Shown here piece after piece: positions 1 to 9,244 of a stretch of 64,000 nt of DNA; position 1 is the first letter of the stretch; every line of letters begins with the position of its first letter. Origin of the DNA: a bacterium (GTDB lineage Bacteria > Patescibacteriota > Minisyncoccia > Minisyncoccales > CG1-02-41-26); the NCBI GenBank assembly GCA_030603395.1, contig JAUVXX010000005.1:885-64884 (forward strand), read 5' to 3'. The translations under genes were made by a program, and so were the position numbers. The notes below the pieces were generated by a model, which made no database searches, was not told the origin of the DNA, and was given only the letters and a program-made list of their open reading frames with translations.

Positions 1-65
1 TTAATTTTCTCCTTTTTTTCATCGGTAATCCCTATATCTCTTTTAAGTTTTTCAAAAAATGACAT
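1..65 (-). CDS. 5' end of a CDS running off the window edge (MSFFEKLKRDIGITDEKKEKI...), possibly Hsp20/alpha-crystallin family
   Basis: ATG at 65, 10 nt downstream of the prsW-like stop, open to the edge; product guessed only from recalled CPR gene order. Confidence 0.35.
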   Translation of the reverse strand, partial: MSFFEKLKRDIGITDEKKEKI

Positions 66-75
66 AGTGGTACTA

Positions 76-756
76 CTATATTTTGCAAACACTTGGCAAC
101 TTTTTCAATTTTTTAAACCAATAAGAAACCAATAAGCCGAGAGTGATTAAAATGAGAAGAGGTAGCAAGAATTTTTCCAGACCTCCTATTTTCATTATAG
201 ACCAGTTGTAAAGTCCATGCAAGATAGTTGCCATTGCCAAACCAACCACGAAAAGTTTTTTCCTTTGATGAGTATGGAAGAAAGATAGAGCTAAAAAATA
301 TCCCAAGGTACCCGAACATAAAGCATGCAGGAAGGTTGCTGAAACAAACCGCCAGCCCATTACTTCTAAGGCCTTTGTTGCAGTCAAAATAGGATGGTAA
401 TTACTCAAAACTAAGATGTTCTCCAGAGCAGCAAATCCCAGGGCAGAGATAATCATATAAAGCAAAAGGTCGGGGGGTTCGTCAAGTTCAGAGCTGTGGA
501 AAACTCCCGCTCTGACTACCAGATATTTCAGATATTCTTCAATAAAAGCTCCTCCCAGAAAGATGATCAAAAGGGAACTTGAGATTATCCTTTGAAAACC
601 TTTTTCTAAAAAAATGGCAAAAAAAGCAGCCAACATTCCCAGAAAGAAGATTTTCAAAATCATCCGGTTTGACTCGGGGTGGGCGTCTTTGCGGAGATAA
701 AAAAATAGCCAGATAATGCTTGGCAAAAAACCGAAAAGATAAAGAAAATAAATCAT
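76..756 (-). CDS. prsW: PrsW-family intramembrane metalloprotease
   Basis: Multi-TM protein with EExxK (IEEYLK), GFAALEN, HAL and HGLYN motifs. Confidence 0.85.
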   Translation of the reverse strand: MIYFLYLFGFLPSIIWLFFYLRKDAHPESNRMILKIFFLGMLAAFFAIFLEKGFQRIISSSLLIIFLGGAFIEEYLKYLVVRAGVFHSSELDEPPDLLLYMIISALGFAALENILVLSNYHPILTATKALEVMGWRFVSATFLHALCSGTLGYFLALSFFHTHQRKKLFVVGLAMATILHGLYNWSIMKIGGLEKFLLPLLILITLGLLVSYWFKKLKKLPSVCKI

Positions 757-774
757 AATATTTCTACTTCACAG

Positions 775-2907
775 TTAATTAGGCCAGGTTTCAATCATCA
801 GGCATTTTTTCTTATTTTTCAGAGGCAATTTTTGATAGATTTCCTCGGTCACAAACGGCATAAAGGGATGCAAAAGTTTAAGGGAGGTTAGGAGAACGTA
901 GTATAAAATTTTCTGGGTATTCTCTTTAGTTTTGACATTTGACATTTGGCTTTTGGATTTCTCTATGTACTTGTCGCAAAAATCATGCCAGAAAAAATGA
1001 TATAAAGTTTGGGCTGCCTGACCAAACCTGAAATTTTCCAAATCTTTGTTAACCGATTTAATTGTCTTCTCAAGAACTTTCAATATCTTCTTATCAGCTC
1101 CAGTTAAATTTTTATCAGTTCCAATCAGCTTTTTATCAGTGTTAATCAGCGGCGGTTTATTCATTAGAATAAACCTCGTGGCATTCCAAATCTTATTAGA
1201 AAACTTTCTCTGACCGATTATTTTTTCTTCTGAGATTATAGTATCTTTACCAGAGCCAGTGCCAAAAACCAAAGCCATACGTAAAGCATCTGTTCCGTAA
1301 AGAGTAATTACGCCTAATGGGTCAATGACATTACCTTTTGATTTTGACATTTTTTGTCGGTCTTTATCTCTGACTAAGCCATGCAGATAAACATAACGAA
1401 AAGGTGCTTTTCCGGTACAGTAGATTCCCAACATAATCATCCTGGCCACCCAGAAGAATAGAATATCCCAGCCGGTCTCCATCACACTAGTGGGATAAAA
1501 ATATTGAAAATCTTTAGTTTGTCTGGGCCAGCCAAAAACAGTGAAGGGCCATTGACCAGAAGAGAACCAGGTGTCAAGAGTGTCAGGATCTTGTTTTAAT
1601 TTTTTACCTTTGCATTTTGGACAGGATTTTGGTTTTTCAATATCTACTGTTATTTCTCCACATTCACAATACCAAACAGGTATTCTGTGGCCCCACCAGA
1701 TTTGTCTTGAGATACACCAATCTCTAATGTTTTTCATCCAGTGATAATACAGTTTCTTGTAATGGGTGGGGATAAATTCTATTTTTTTGTCTTCCACTGC
1801 TTTTATGGCAGGAGCTGCTAATTTTTTAGCCCTGATAAACCATTGTTCAGAAATTAATGGTTCAATAATAGTTTTGCATCGTTCACAAATCGCTATACGA
1901 TGTTTGTAATTAAAATCAATTTTTTCCATTAAGCCCATTTTTTCCAAGTCTTTAGCAATTATCTTTCTTGCTTCCCTTACCTTCATTCCAGCATATTTGC
2001 CGGCTTTTTTATTGAGTTTACCGTCAAAGCCAATAACCTGGCGAATTTCTAAGTTGTGCCTTTGTCCAATCTCAAAATCATTAGGGTCATGAGCTGGCGT
2101 TACTTTTACTACTCCTGTTCCGAATTCAGGGTCAACTGCTTTATCAGCAACAACTTTGACTTCAGCTTTGCCTAAAACTGTTTGGATCTCAATTTCTTTT
2201 CCAACATATTTTTTATACCTTTTGTCAGCTGGGTGAACAGCTACTGCTGTGTCGCCAAATTTTGTTTCTGGTCTGACGGTAGCTAAAGTTAAAGGCCCAT
2301 ACTTTATATAATAAAGAGGGTCTTTTTTTTCTTGGTAAATCACCTCTAAATTGGAAAGGGCTGTTTGGCATCTGGGACACCAGCTTATAATTCGTTTGCC
2401 TCGATAAATAAGACCATCTTTATACATTTTTTTAAAGGTGTAAAAGACAGCTTTACTGATTTTTGGATCCAGGGTAAATTTTGAACGACTCCAGTCACAG
2501 CTAGCCCCCAACTTGCGCAACTGGGTTTCCATTACTTTTTTGTTCTCCATTGAAAATTTATAAGTTTGTTTATAAAATTCCTCTCTACCCAACTTCAATC
2601 TTGATTTACCTTGTTTAGCTAACTTTTTTTCGTAAGTCACTTGAGTCATAATGCCGGCATGGTCAGCTCCAGGCAGCCACAAAACTTCTTTCCCTTTCAT
2701 TCTTTGATAACGAGTCATAATATCTTCCAAGGTAACAAAAACAGCATGGCCAATATGTAAAATTCCATTGGCATTTGGCGGGGGCATAATAATGCAAAAA
2801 GGCTGTTTTTTGCTTTTTGGACTTGCTTTTAGAAATCCTGATTTTTCCCAGAGCTGGTAAATTTTATCTTCTACCTGTTTTGGATTGTAAGTTTTAGAAA
2901 TTTTCAT
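775..2907 (-). CDS. valS: Valine--tRNA ligase, short form without the C-terminal coiled coil
   Basis: PPPN..G.LHIGH, DWCISRQIWWGHRIP, DTLDTWFSS, KMSKS motifs; 710 aa. Confidence 0.97.
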   Translation of the reverse strand: MKISKTYNPKQVEDKIYQLWEKSGFLKASPKSKKQPFCIIMPPPNANGILHIGHAVFVTLEDIMTRYQRMKGKEVLWLPGADHAGIMTQVTYEKKLAKQGKSRLKLGREEFYKQTYKFSMENKKVMETQLRKLGASCDWSRSKFTLDPKISKAVFYTFKKMYKDGLIYRGKRIISWCPRCQTALSNLEVIYQEKKDPLYYIKYGPLTLATVRPETKFGDTAVAVHPADKRYKKYVGKEIEIQTVLGKAEVKVVADKAVDPEFGTGVVKVTPAHDPNDFEIGQRHNLEIRQVIGFDGKLNKKAGKYAGMKVREARKIIAKDLEKMGLMEKIDFNYKHRIAICERCKTIIEPLISEQWFIRAKKLAAPAIKAVEDKKIEFIPTHYKKLYYHWMKNIRDWCISRQIWWGHRIPVWYCECGEITVDIEKPKSCPKCKGKKLKQDPDTLDTWFSSGQWPFTVFGWPRQTKDFQYFYPTSVMETGWDILFFWVARMIMLGIYCTGKAPFRYVYLHGLVRDKDRQKMSKSKGNVIDPLGVITLYGTDALRMALVFGTGSGKDTIISEEKIIGQRKFSNKIWNATRFILMNKPPLINTDKKLIGTDKNLTGADKKILKVLEKTIKSVNKDLENFRFGQAAQTLYHFFWHDFCDKYIEKSKSQMSNVKTKENTQKILYYVLLTSLKLLHPFMPFVTEEIYQKLPLKNKKKCLMIETWPN
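925..958. repeat. Intragenic 7-nt tandem repeat (TTTGACA-type) in valS
   Basis: tttgaca tttgaca tttggct tttggat; encodes KSKSQMSNVKTK. Confidence 0.7.
1091..1150. repeat. Intragenic ATCAG-core repeat with about 10-nt period in valS
   Basis: ATCAG at 1093, 1114, 1124, 1135 and 1145; encodes LINTDKKLIGTDKNLTGADK. Confidence 0.6.
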
Positions 2908-4007
2908 GATATTCTTAAATTAGCCTCAGCTTTGATTTTTTGCCAATTTTTTGAAGCTTCTTTTCTGCGGAAATAAGCTGTTATGCCAATCATGACTGCG
3001 TTGTCGGTGCAGAATTGGATATTAGGTGTTAGATATTGGATATTGGGAATTTCTTTTTTAATTTTTTCTTTGAGTTGTTTTCGCAGTTCATTGTTGGCGG
3101 TCACCCCTCCACCAAGCACTATACTTTTTGCCTTGCAATCCTTGGCTGCTTTGATAGTTTTTTTGATTAAAACATCAATAATCGCCTGCTGGATTTTCTT
3201 GGCCATCTCTCTAACATATTCTTTTGAAGCTCTCACTTTTTTTGACCTCTTTTTAAACTCGTATAGAACAGCAGTTTTGAGTCCAGAAAAAGAGAAATCG
3301 TAATCTTTACTATTTATCATCGGCCGTGGCAACTTTGTTCGATATTTCGCTGTCGCTTCAGGCGACTCCCCGTAGGGTCCTATTTCGACATTTCGACATT
3401 TCGCTGCTGCAGCCGCTATGGCGGGTCCTCCCGGATAGGGGAGGCCCAAAACTCTGGCTGTTTTGTCAAAACATTCTCCGGCTGCGTCATCCCTGGTTTC
3501 ACCAATAATTTTGTATTTACCAATATCATTCATCAAAATCAATTGAGTATGCCCACCACTCACCACCAAGCACACAGCCGGAAAGATTTGACATTTGAGC
3601 TTTGACATTTGACATTTGCCAACAAAGTTGGCAAAGATGTGTGCTTCCATGTGATTAACAGGAATAATCGGCAGGTTCCTTTGTTGAGCTAAATCTTTGG
3701 CAAAATTTATCCCGGTCCATAAACACGGTTCAAGCCCCGGTCCAATCGTTACTGCCACAGCGTCAATTTTCGGTTTCTTAGCTTTATTTAAAGCTTTTTT
3801 AAGCACCACTGGCAGATTCTTTTGGTGTTCTCTTTTAGCCAAACTTGGATAGACCCCTCCGTATTTTTGGTGAATTTTCACTTGCGAGGAAACAACGTTT
3901 GAGAGGATTTCAAATTTAGCATTTTTGACATTTGAGCTTTGACATTTGACATTTAGTATACTTATGCAGGTATCGTCACACGAAGTGTCAATGGCTAAGA
4001 TAATCAT
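2904..4007 (-). CDS. tsaD: tRNA N6-adenosine threonylcarbamoyltransferase TsaD
   Basis: ILAIDTSCDDT, HMEAH, LVVSGGHTQL, ETRDDAAGECFDK, FSFSGLKT, CTDNAVMIG motifs. Confidence 0.97.
   Translation of the reverse strand: MIILAIDTSCDDTCISILNVKCQSSNVKNAKFEILSNVVSSQVKIHQKYGGVYPSLAKREHQKNLPVVLKKALNKAKKPKIDAVAVTIGPGLEPCLWTGINFAKDLAQQRNLPIIPVNHMEAHIFANFVGKCQMSKLKCQIFPAVCLVVSGGHTQLILMNDIGKYKIIGETRDDAAGECFDKTARVLGLPYPGGPAIAAAAAKCRNVEIGPYGESPEATAKYRTKLPRPMINSKDYDFSFSGLKTAVLYEFKKRSKKVRASKEYVREMAKKIQQAIIDVLIKKTIKAAKDCKAKSIVLGGGVTANNELRKQLKEKIKKEIPNIQYLTPNIQFCTDNAVMIGITAYFRRKEASKNWQKIKAEANLRIS
3015..3049. repeat. Intragenic 7-nt tandem repeat (TTGGATA-type) in tsaD
   Basis: ttggata ttaggtg ttagata ttggata ttgggaa. 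Confidence 0.7.
3338..3406. repeat. Composite intragenic insert in tsaD: 8-nt TTTCGACA/TTCGATAT repeats flanking REP-like hairpins
   Basis: GTCGC-TTCAG-GCGAC and CCC-GTA-GGG hairpins between TTCGA repeats. Confidence 0.7.
3587..3621. repeat. Intragenic TTTGACA 7-mer array in tsaD (copy 1)
   Basis: tttgaca tttgagc tttgaca tttgaca tttgcca. Confidence 0.85.
3924..3958. repeat. Intragenic TTTGACA 7-mer array in tsaD (copy 2)
   Basis: First 31 nt identical to 3587-3617. Confidence 0.85.
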
Positions 4008-4028
4008 GTCTTTATTTTACGGGAAATC

Positions 4029-4075
4029 TTGCCCTTCAGCAAGTTCAGGGCAATACTGAGTCCGTCGAAGTATTG
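4029..4075. repeat. Pair of inverted REP-like hairpins with tandem G.A pairs
   Basis: TTGCCCT..AGGGCAA (reverse strand CCCT-GA..GA-AGGG) and CAATACT-GAG-TCCGT-CGA-AGTATTG. Confidence 0.7.
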
Positions 4076-4110
4076 TAATTTTTCAATTTTTGAGTTAGAA
4101 TTTATTGAGC

Positions 4111-4183
4111 GGCCCTGTCGTCTAGTGGTTTAGGACGTCGCGCTTTCAATGCGAAAACACGGGTTCGATTCCCGTCAGGGCCA
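4111..4183 (+). tRNA. tRNA-Glu(TTC)
   Basis: Acceptor stem GGCCCTG/CAGGGCC, anticodon arm TCGCG-CTTTCAA-TGCGA, TTCGATT T-loop; CCA not encoded. Confidence 0.95.
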
Positions 4184-4192
4184 CTTTTAAAT

Positions 4193-5743
4193 ATGGAGAA
4201 TTATCTCGAGATTAGTCGGGCTTCCGACCTCCCCAAACTAAGGGAGAGGTGGCTCTATCGTTTTTTTGAAATTTTGCCGGGAGCTCTAAGCTTAACTACC
4301 CTAAGTTTTGCCCTGCTTTTTTCCTGGTTAAAGCCGGTCTGGGTGGCTTTTTTTATTATCCCCCTGTGTCTTTATTGGGCCTTAAAAGTTATCTATCTTT
4401 CTCTGTATCAAGTTACCTGTTTTAGGCGAATGAAAAAAAATCTTAAGGTTGACTGGCAAAAAAAGCTTGAAGATGTTCGCCATTGGCAGAATATTTACCA
4501 ATTAGTTATCCTGCCCATGTACCAGGAGGATTGGGGGGTGGTTAAAGAAACCTTAGAGTCCCTCAAAGATTCAATTTATCCCAAAGACAGAATGATAATA
4601 GTTTTAGCTCAAGAAGAAAGAGCAGGGGAGAAAGTAAGAGAGATTGCCGAAGTTGCTGGCAAAGAATATGGAGATTGTTTTTACCGATTTTTAACCACTT
4701 GCCATCCTAAAGACATTGAAGGGGAAGCCATCGGTAAAGGGTCAAATGTGGCGTTTGCTGGCAAAGAAGCAAAGAAACTAATTGATGAGCTCAAAATCCC
4801 TTATCAAAACGTTATCATTTCAAACTTTGACATTGACACCAAGGTTTCCCCCCAATATTTTCTTTGTTTAACTTATCACTACTTAACCTCAGAAAATCGG
4901 TTAAGGAGCAGCTTCCAGCCCATTCCGGTCTACCACAACAATATCTGGCAAGCCCCGGCTTTCAGCAGGGTTGTGGCTACCAGCAATACTTTCTGGCAAA
5001 TGATGCAGCAGGAAAGACCCGAGCAGGCGGTCACTTACTCTTCCCATTCCATGCCCTTTAAAACTTTTCTGGAGGTGGGTTATCCGCACAATTTAGTGCC
5101 TGACGACTCCCGAATATTCTGGAAATCCTTTTTTAAATATGATGGGGATTACCGAGTTGTCCCCCTATACTATCCGTTGTCTATGGACGTGGTAGACGCT
5201 TCAAGCTTTTTTAAAACTTTTGTCAATCAGTACAAACAACAGAGAAGATGGGCTTGGGGCTGCACCGAAATCCCTTATTTGCTTTTTGGTTTTTTGAAAA
5301 ACAAAAAAATCCCTTTGAGAAAAAGGATTTTCCACTCTTTTATTGCCCTTGAGGGATTTTGGTCTTGGGCTTGTGCCTCTATTTTAATTTTGTTTCTGGG
5401 TTGGCTGCCTTTACTTTTAGGCGGGGAAGAATTTAACGTCACCATACTTGCCTACAACCTTCCCAGATTAACCGGCAGAATTATGACCTTTGCCATGTTT
5501 GGTATGGTTTGCGCCATCATCCTCAACATACTTCATTTACCCCCTCGGCCCAAGGGAATTTCTCCCCTGAAAAACCTTTCCATGATTTTTCAATGGCTGT
5601 TTCTACCCCCGGTTTTAATAATCTTTGGCTCCCTGCCAGCATTAGACGCCCAGGTTCGCTTAATGTTCGGCAAATACATGGAATTTTGGAATACCCCCAA
5701 AGTCCGGAAAAACCTCAAAGAAACAGAGGACAGTCCTCTGTAA
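4193..5743 (+). CDS. Membrane-bound family 2 glycosyltransferase (cellulose-synthase-like)
   Basis: N- and C-terminal TM segments, GKGSN, DID, PDD and QxxRW (QQRRW) motifs. Confidence 0.85.
   Translation: MENYLEISRASDLPKLRERWLYRFFEILPGALSLTTLSFALLFSWLKPVWVAFFIIPLCLYWALKVIYLSLYQVTCFRRMKKNLKVDWQKKLEDVRHWQNIYQLVILPMYQEDWGVVKETLESLKDSIYPKDRMIIVLAQEERAGEKVREIAEVAGKEYGDCFYRFLTTCHPKDIEGEAIGKGSNVAFAGKEAKKLIDELKIPYQNVIISNFDIDTKVSPQYFLCLTYHYLTSENRLRSSFQPIPVYHNNIWQAPAFSRVVATSNTFWQMMQQERPEQAVTYSSHSMPFKTFLEVGYPHNLVPDDSRIFWKSFFKYDGDYRVVPLYYPLSMDVVDASSFFKTFVNQYKQQRRWAWGCTEIPYLLFGFLKNKKIPLRKRIFHSFIALEGFWSWACASILILFLGWLPLLLGGEEFNVTILAYNLPRLTGRIMTFAMFGMVCAIILNILHLPPRPKGISPLKNLSMIFQWLFLPPVLIIFGSLPALDAQVRLMFGKYMEFWNTPKVRKNLKETEDSPL
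5723..5741. repeat. Palindrome ACAGAGGAC-W-GTCCTCTGT (copy 1)
   Basis: Perfect inverted repeat at the GT2/recG convergence; second copy at 9879-9897. Confidence 0.8.
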
Positions 5744-5745
5744 AT

Positions 5746-7902
5746 TTATTCCAGATGGATTCTTTTTTTGAACTTTTTTAATCTCTCTTTCAAAGGGGAG
5801 TATTTTTTTAGGTCGGGGTCCTCGGCTAAAAGTTCTTGGGCTGCCTGTCGGGTTTTTTCAACCAAGGGGAGGTTTTTTAAATTCTCCATAGCCAAATCAG
5901 GAATTCCCCACTGTTTCACTCCCGACAAACTTCCCGGACCCCGGATTTCCAAATCTTTTTGAGCTAATTCAAAGCCATTCTCTGTTTTGACAATTGCCTC
6001 CAATCTTTGGCGAGTTTTTCTGGCAGGAGAGTCGGTGAACAAAAAGCAATAAGATTGCACGTTTGCTCGGCCAACTCTTCCCCGAAATTGATATAGTTGA
6101 GCCAGGCCAAATCTTTCAGCCCCTTCAATCATCATCACGGTGGCTCCCTGAATATCAATACCAACTTCAACCACCGAGGTTGAAACCAAGATGTCAATCT
6201 TTTTATTTTTAAAATCTTTCATTATCTTTTCTTTTTCTTTTGTTTTCATTCTGCCGTGCAGCATTCCTACTTTCAGCTCAGGAAAAATCTCTTTCCGCAA
6301 TTTTTCGTATTCCTCTTTAACCGCTTTTGCTTCAGCCCACCCCAAAATATCTTTCTCTCCTTTTTTGTCTTTCTCAGCTTGATTGTTTCCAGCTTCAATC
6401 CGGGGGCAAATGACAAATACCTGATTGCCAAGTTTTACCTGCTCTTTTATAAAATCGTAAGCTTTATTTCTGTCTTCGGGAGGGATGACCTTGGTAATTA
6501 TTTTTTTCCTTCCCTTGGGCATTTCATCTAAAATTGATAAATCCAAATCCCCATAAACCGTTAAAGCCAAAGTTCGGGGGATAGGAGTGGCGGTCATTGA
6601 TAGCAAATGAGGAATAAGTTTTTCTTCTCCGGCGCGACTCGTGCTAAGTTTAGCTCGCTGCTCCACCCCAAAGCGGTGTTGCTCATCAATAATACAAAGG
6701 GCTAAATTTTTAAACTTCACTTTATCCTGAATTAAAGCATGGGTACCGATCAAGATGTCAATTTCTCCCTTCCTTGCTTTATCCAAAAGTTTTTGTCGAG
6801 AAATTTCCAAAATCTCATTTTCCAGTTTTTGAGCAACAATTTTATCTTCCTTACCGGTCAAGAAAGCAATTTTTACCTTAAAAGGTTTTAACAGTTTTAT
6901 TACCTCTTGAAAGTGCTGTTTGGCTAAAATCTCGGTTGGCGCCATAAAAGCTGTCTGGAAACCTGCCTTAACCACATTTAAGGCAGCTATTACTCCCACC
7001 ACGGTCTTGCCCGAACCAACATCACCTTCCAAGAGGCGCGACATTGGTCTTGGTTTTTCCAGGTCCTTTAAAATCTGCCAGGTGCATTTTTTTTGAGCGT
7101 CCGTCAGTTTAAAAGGTAAAAAGCTGACAAATTCTTTAGTTAACTCAACATTTAAGGGGATGGCCGGAGCTTTTTCTTTATTCAATCTCAATCTTTCTTT
7201 TAAAACCGAAAGCTCAATTAAAAAAAGTTCCTCAAAAGAAAAACGAGCCCTGGCTTTTTCTGCTTGAGCGACTGAATCGGGGAAGTGAACTTGCCAAATC
7301 GCCTGTTTAATTGGTAAGAAGTTTTCAGCTTTAATTATTTTTTCTGGCAGAATCTCCGGGATTTTGTTTTTAAATTCTAAAAGTAGGGGTTTTAAGATAT
7401 AGCGGAGCCAGCGAGAGGACAAACCTTCTGTTTCAGGGTAAACCGGGACAAGCCGTCCAGTATGAGTTAAACTCGATATTTCGATATTTCGAAATGTCGA
7501 TATTTTTTCATAAGCCGGGTTAGACAAGAAAATTCCCTTGTCTCCAAAACTAACTTTGCCAGCCAGACAGACCACATCACCTTGCTTTAAGGTTTTTATC
7601 AGATAGGGTTGATTGAACCAAACAACCTTAATGGCTGATGAGTTGTCTTGAACAATGGCTTGGGTCAAAATCATTCTTCTTTTCCAGGTTCTTGAGCTTT
7701 TAATCTCTAAAATTTTTCCCAAAACACAGCAGGTCTCATTTAATTTAACCTTGGCAATGGGAATGATATCTGAAAAATCCTCATAACGATAAGGAAAATG
7801 CCTGAGTAAGTTCTCCACCGTCTTTATGCCCATTTTTCCAAGTTTCCTCAAAAAACTCGGTCCAACCCTGGAAATTTCTTTAATTGAAGTATCTAAGTCC
7901 AT
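5746..7902 (-). CDS. recG: ATP-dependent DNA helicase RecG
   Basis: GDVGSGKT, DEQHRFGV, MTATPIPRTL, QFRGRVGR, DLEIRGPG motifs. Confidence 0.97.
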   Translation of the reverse strand: MDLDTSIKEISRVGPSFLRKLGKMGIKTVENLLRHFPYRYEDFSDIIPIAKVKLNETCCVLGKILEIKSSRTWKRRMILTQAIVQDNSSAIKVVWFNQPYLIKTLKQGDVVCLAGKVSFGDKGIFLSNPAYEKISTFRNIEISSLTHTGRLVPVYPETEGLSSRWLRYILKPLLLEFKNKIPEILPEKIIKAENFLPIKQAIWQVHFPDSVAQAEKARARFSFEELFLIELSVLKERLRLNKEKAPAIPLNVELTKEFVSFLPFKLTDAQKKCTWQILKDLEKPRPMSRLLEGDVGSGKTVVGVIAALNVVKAGFQTAFMAPTEILAKQHFQEVIKLLKPFKVKIAFLTGKEDKIVAQKLENEILEISRQKLLDKARKGEIDILIGTHALIQDKVKFKNLALCIIDEQHRFGVEQRAKLSTSRAGEEKLIPHLLSMTATPIPRTLALTVYGDLDLSILDEMPKGRKKIITKVIPPEDRNKAYDFIKEQVKLGNQVFVICPRIEAGNNQAEKDKKGEKDILGWAEAKAVKEEYEKLRKEIFPELKVGMLHGRMKTKEKEKIMKDFKNKKIDILVSTSVVEVGIDIQGATVMMIEGAERFGLAQLYQFRGRVGRANVQSYCFLFTDSPARKTRQRLEAIVKTENGFELAQKDLEIRGPGSLSGVKQWGIPDLAMENLKNLPLVEKTRQAAQELLAEDPDLKKYSPLKERLKKFKKRIHLE
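7473..7504. repeat. Intragenic 8-nt tandem repeat (TCGATATT) in recG
   Basis: tcgatatt tcgatatt tcgaaatg tcgatatt; encodes ISTFRNIEISS. Confidence 0.8.
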
Positions 7903-7973
7903 GAAAAAATTGAATATTAATCCAATTCAGCTTACAATTTAATTATACGTTAAACAAGTTCTAATCCAAAAAT

Positions 7974-8279
7974 ATGAAATACAACAAACTTGTTCGGGAT
8001 AAAATTCCTGAGATTATTAAGCAGAAAGGGAAAGTCCCAATTACCCATATTGCTGATGATGAAGAATATTGGCAAAAATTGAAAGAAAAACTTAAGGAAG
8101 AAGTTGATGAATTTTTAAAAGATAACAAGGAAGAGGAACTTGCTGATATTTTAGAGATAATTTATGCTATTTGTGATTTTAAGAAAATTGACAAACAAGA
8201 ATTGGAAATTCGCCGCAAAAAGAAAGCCGAAAAAAGAGGCAGTTTCAAAAACAAAATAATCCTCGACGAAACAAAATAA
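7974..8279 (+). CDS. MazG/HisE-superfamily nucleoside-triphosphate pyrophosphohydrolase
   Basis: YNKLVRDKIPEII, EEVDEF, EELADILE, KRGSF motifs. Confidence 0.85.
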   Translation: MKYNKLVRDKIPEIIKQKGKVPITHIADDEEYWQKLKEKLKEEVDEFLKDNKEEELADILEIIYAICDFKKIDKQELEIRRKKKAEKRGSFKNKIILDETK

Positions 8280-8283
8280 TAGT

Positions 8284-9165
8284 ATGAAAACATCGTTTCA
8301 TAGAATTTATACCGAGGACAAACTGGAATTACATGGACTTCTTTATGAGCCTGATAAAAAAACAACAACAGTTTTAGCTCAAGTTCATGGAATGGGAGGA
8401 AATTTTTATCAGGATAGTTTTTTCGATGCCTTAGCGAAAATTCTTCCAGAAAATGATATTGCCTTTTGCCCATTTAATAATCGGGGAGCTGGGCTTATAA
8501 CTACTTTTAGGAGACCAAAGAGTAATGGAGAGGTTGAATATGTTAGATTTGGCACATCTAAAGAAAAATTTGAATATTGTGTTTTAGACATTAAGGCCCA
8601 TTTAGATTTTTTAGAAAAGCAAGGTTTTACTAATATTCATCTTTGTGGTCACAGTCTGGGGACCTGTAAAGTAGTTTATTATTTAGCAAAGACCCAAGAC
8701 CAAAGAGTAAGATCTTTAATTTTACTTTCTCCGATTGATATGCTGGGATTGGTAAGGATGGACAAAAAGAGGTTTGAAGAAGAAATTAGTACTGCAGAGA
8801 AAATGGTAAGTGAAGAAAGGGGTGATAAGTTAATGCCTAGAGATGTTTGGGACGAATATCCTATTACCGCCAACAGTTATCTCGATCTTTTCGGAGATAG
8901 TTCTGAGACAGCCATCTTCAATTTTTTTAACCCCAAGGATAAATTTGAAAAGCTTTCCAGAATCTCTTACCCGATTTTTAGTGTGATGGGCAAAAAAGAT
9001 GATTCTTTCGTCGTGCCAATAGAGGATACTATGAGGATTATTAAGGAAAAAGCAAAATCGTCTCCGAGGTGCGAGTATAAAATTTTAGGCGATGCTAATC
9101 ACAACTATATAGGATACGAGCAACAACTTGCTGATACTATATTAAAATGGATAAGCAGTTTTTGA
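8284..9165 (+). CDS. Alpha/beta hydrolase (DUF1749-like)
   Basis: HGMGGNF, GHSLG nucleophile elbow, C-terminal D and H (ANHNY). Confidence 0.8.
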   Translation: MKTSFHRIYTEDKLELHGLLYEPDKKTTTVLAQVHGMGGNFYQDSFFDALAKILPENDIAFCPFNNRGAGLITTFRRPKSNGEVEYVRFGTSKEKFEYCVLDIKAHLDFLEKQGFTNIHLCGHSLGTCKVVYYLAKTQDQRVRSLILLSPIDMLGLVRMDKKRFEEEISTAEKMVSEERGDKLMPRDVWDEYPITANSYLDLFGDSSETAIFNFFNPKDKFEKLSRISYPIFSVMGKKDDSFVVPIEDTMRIIKEKAKSSPRCEYKILGDANHNYIGYEQQLADTILKWISSF

Positions 9166-9244
9166 GCAATTTTGATAAACTCTCCGGCTTTCAAAAAAGA
9201 AAACGAAATTAGTAGATTATAACTTTATTCAAAATATTTTTAAC

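Noticed and set aside
775..2907. ValRS lacking its C-terminal coiled coil as a pseudogene or novelty
   Set aside because: All catalytic motifs are intact and the stop is clean; short forms are known in reduced genomes.
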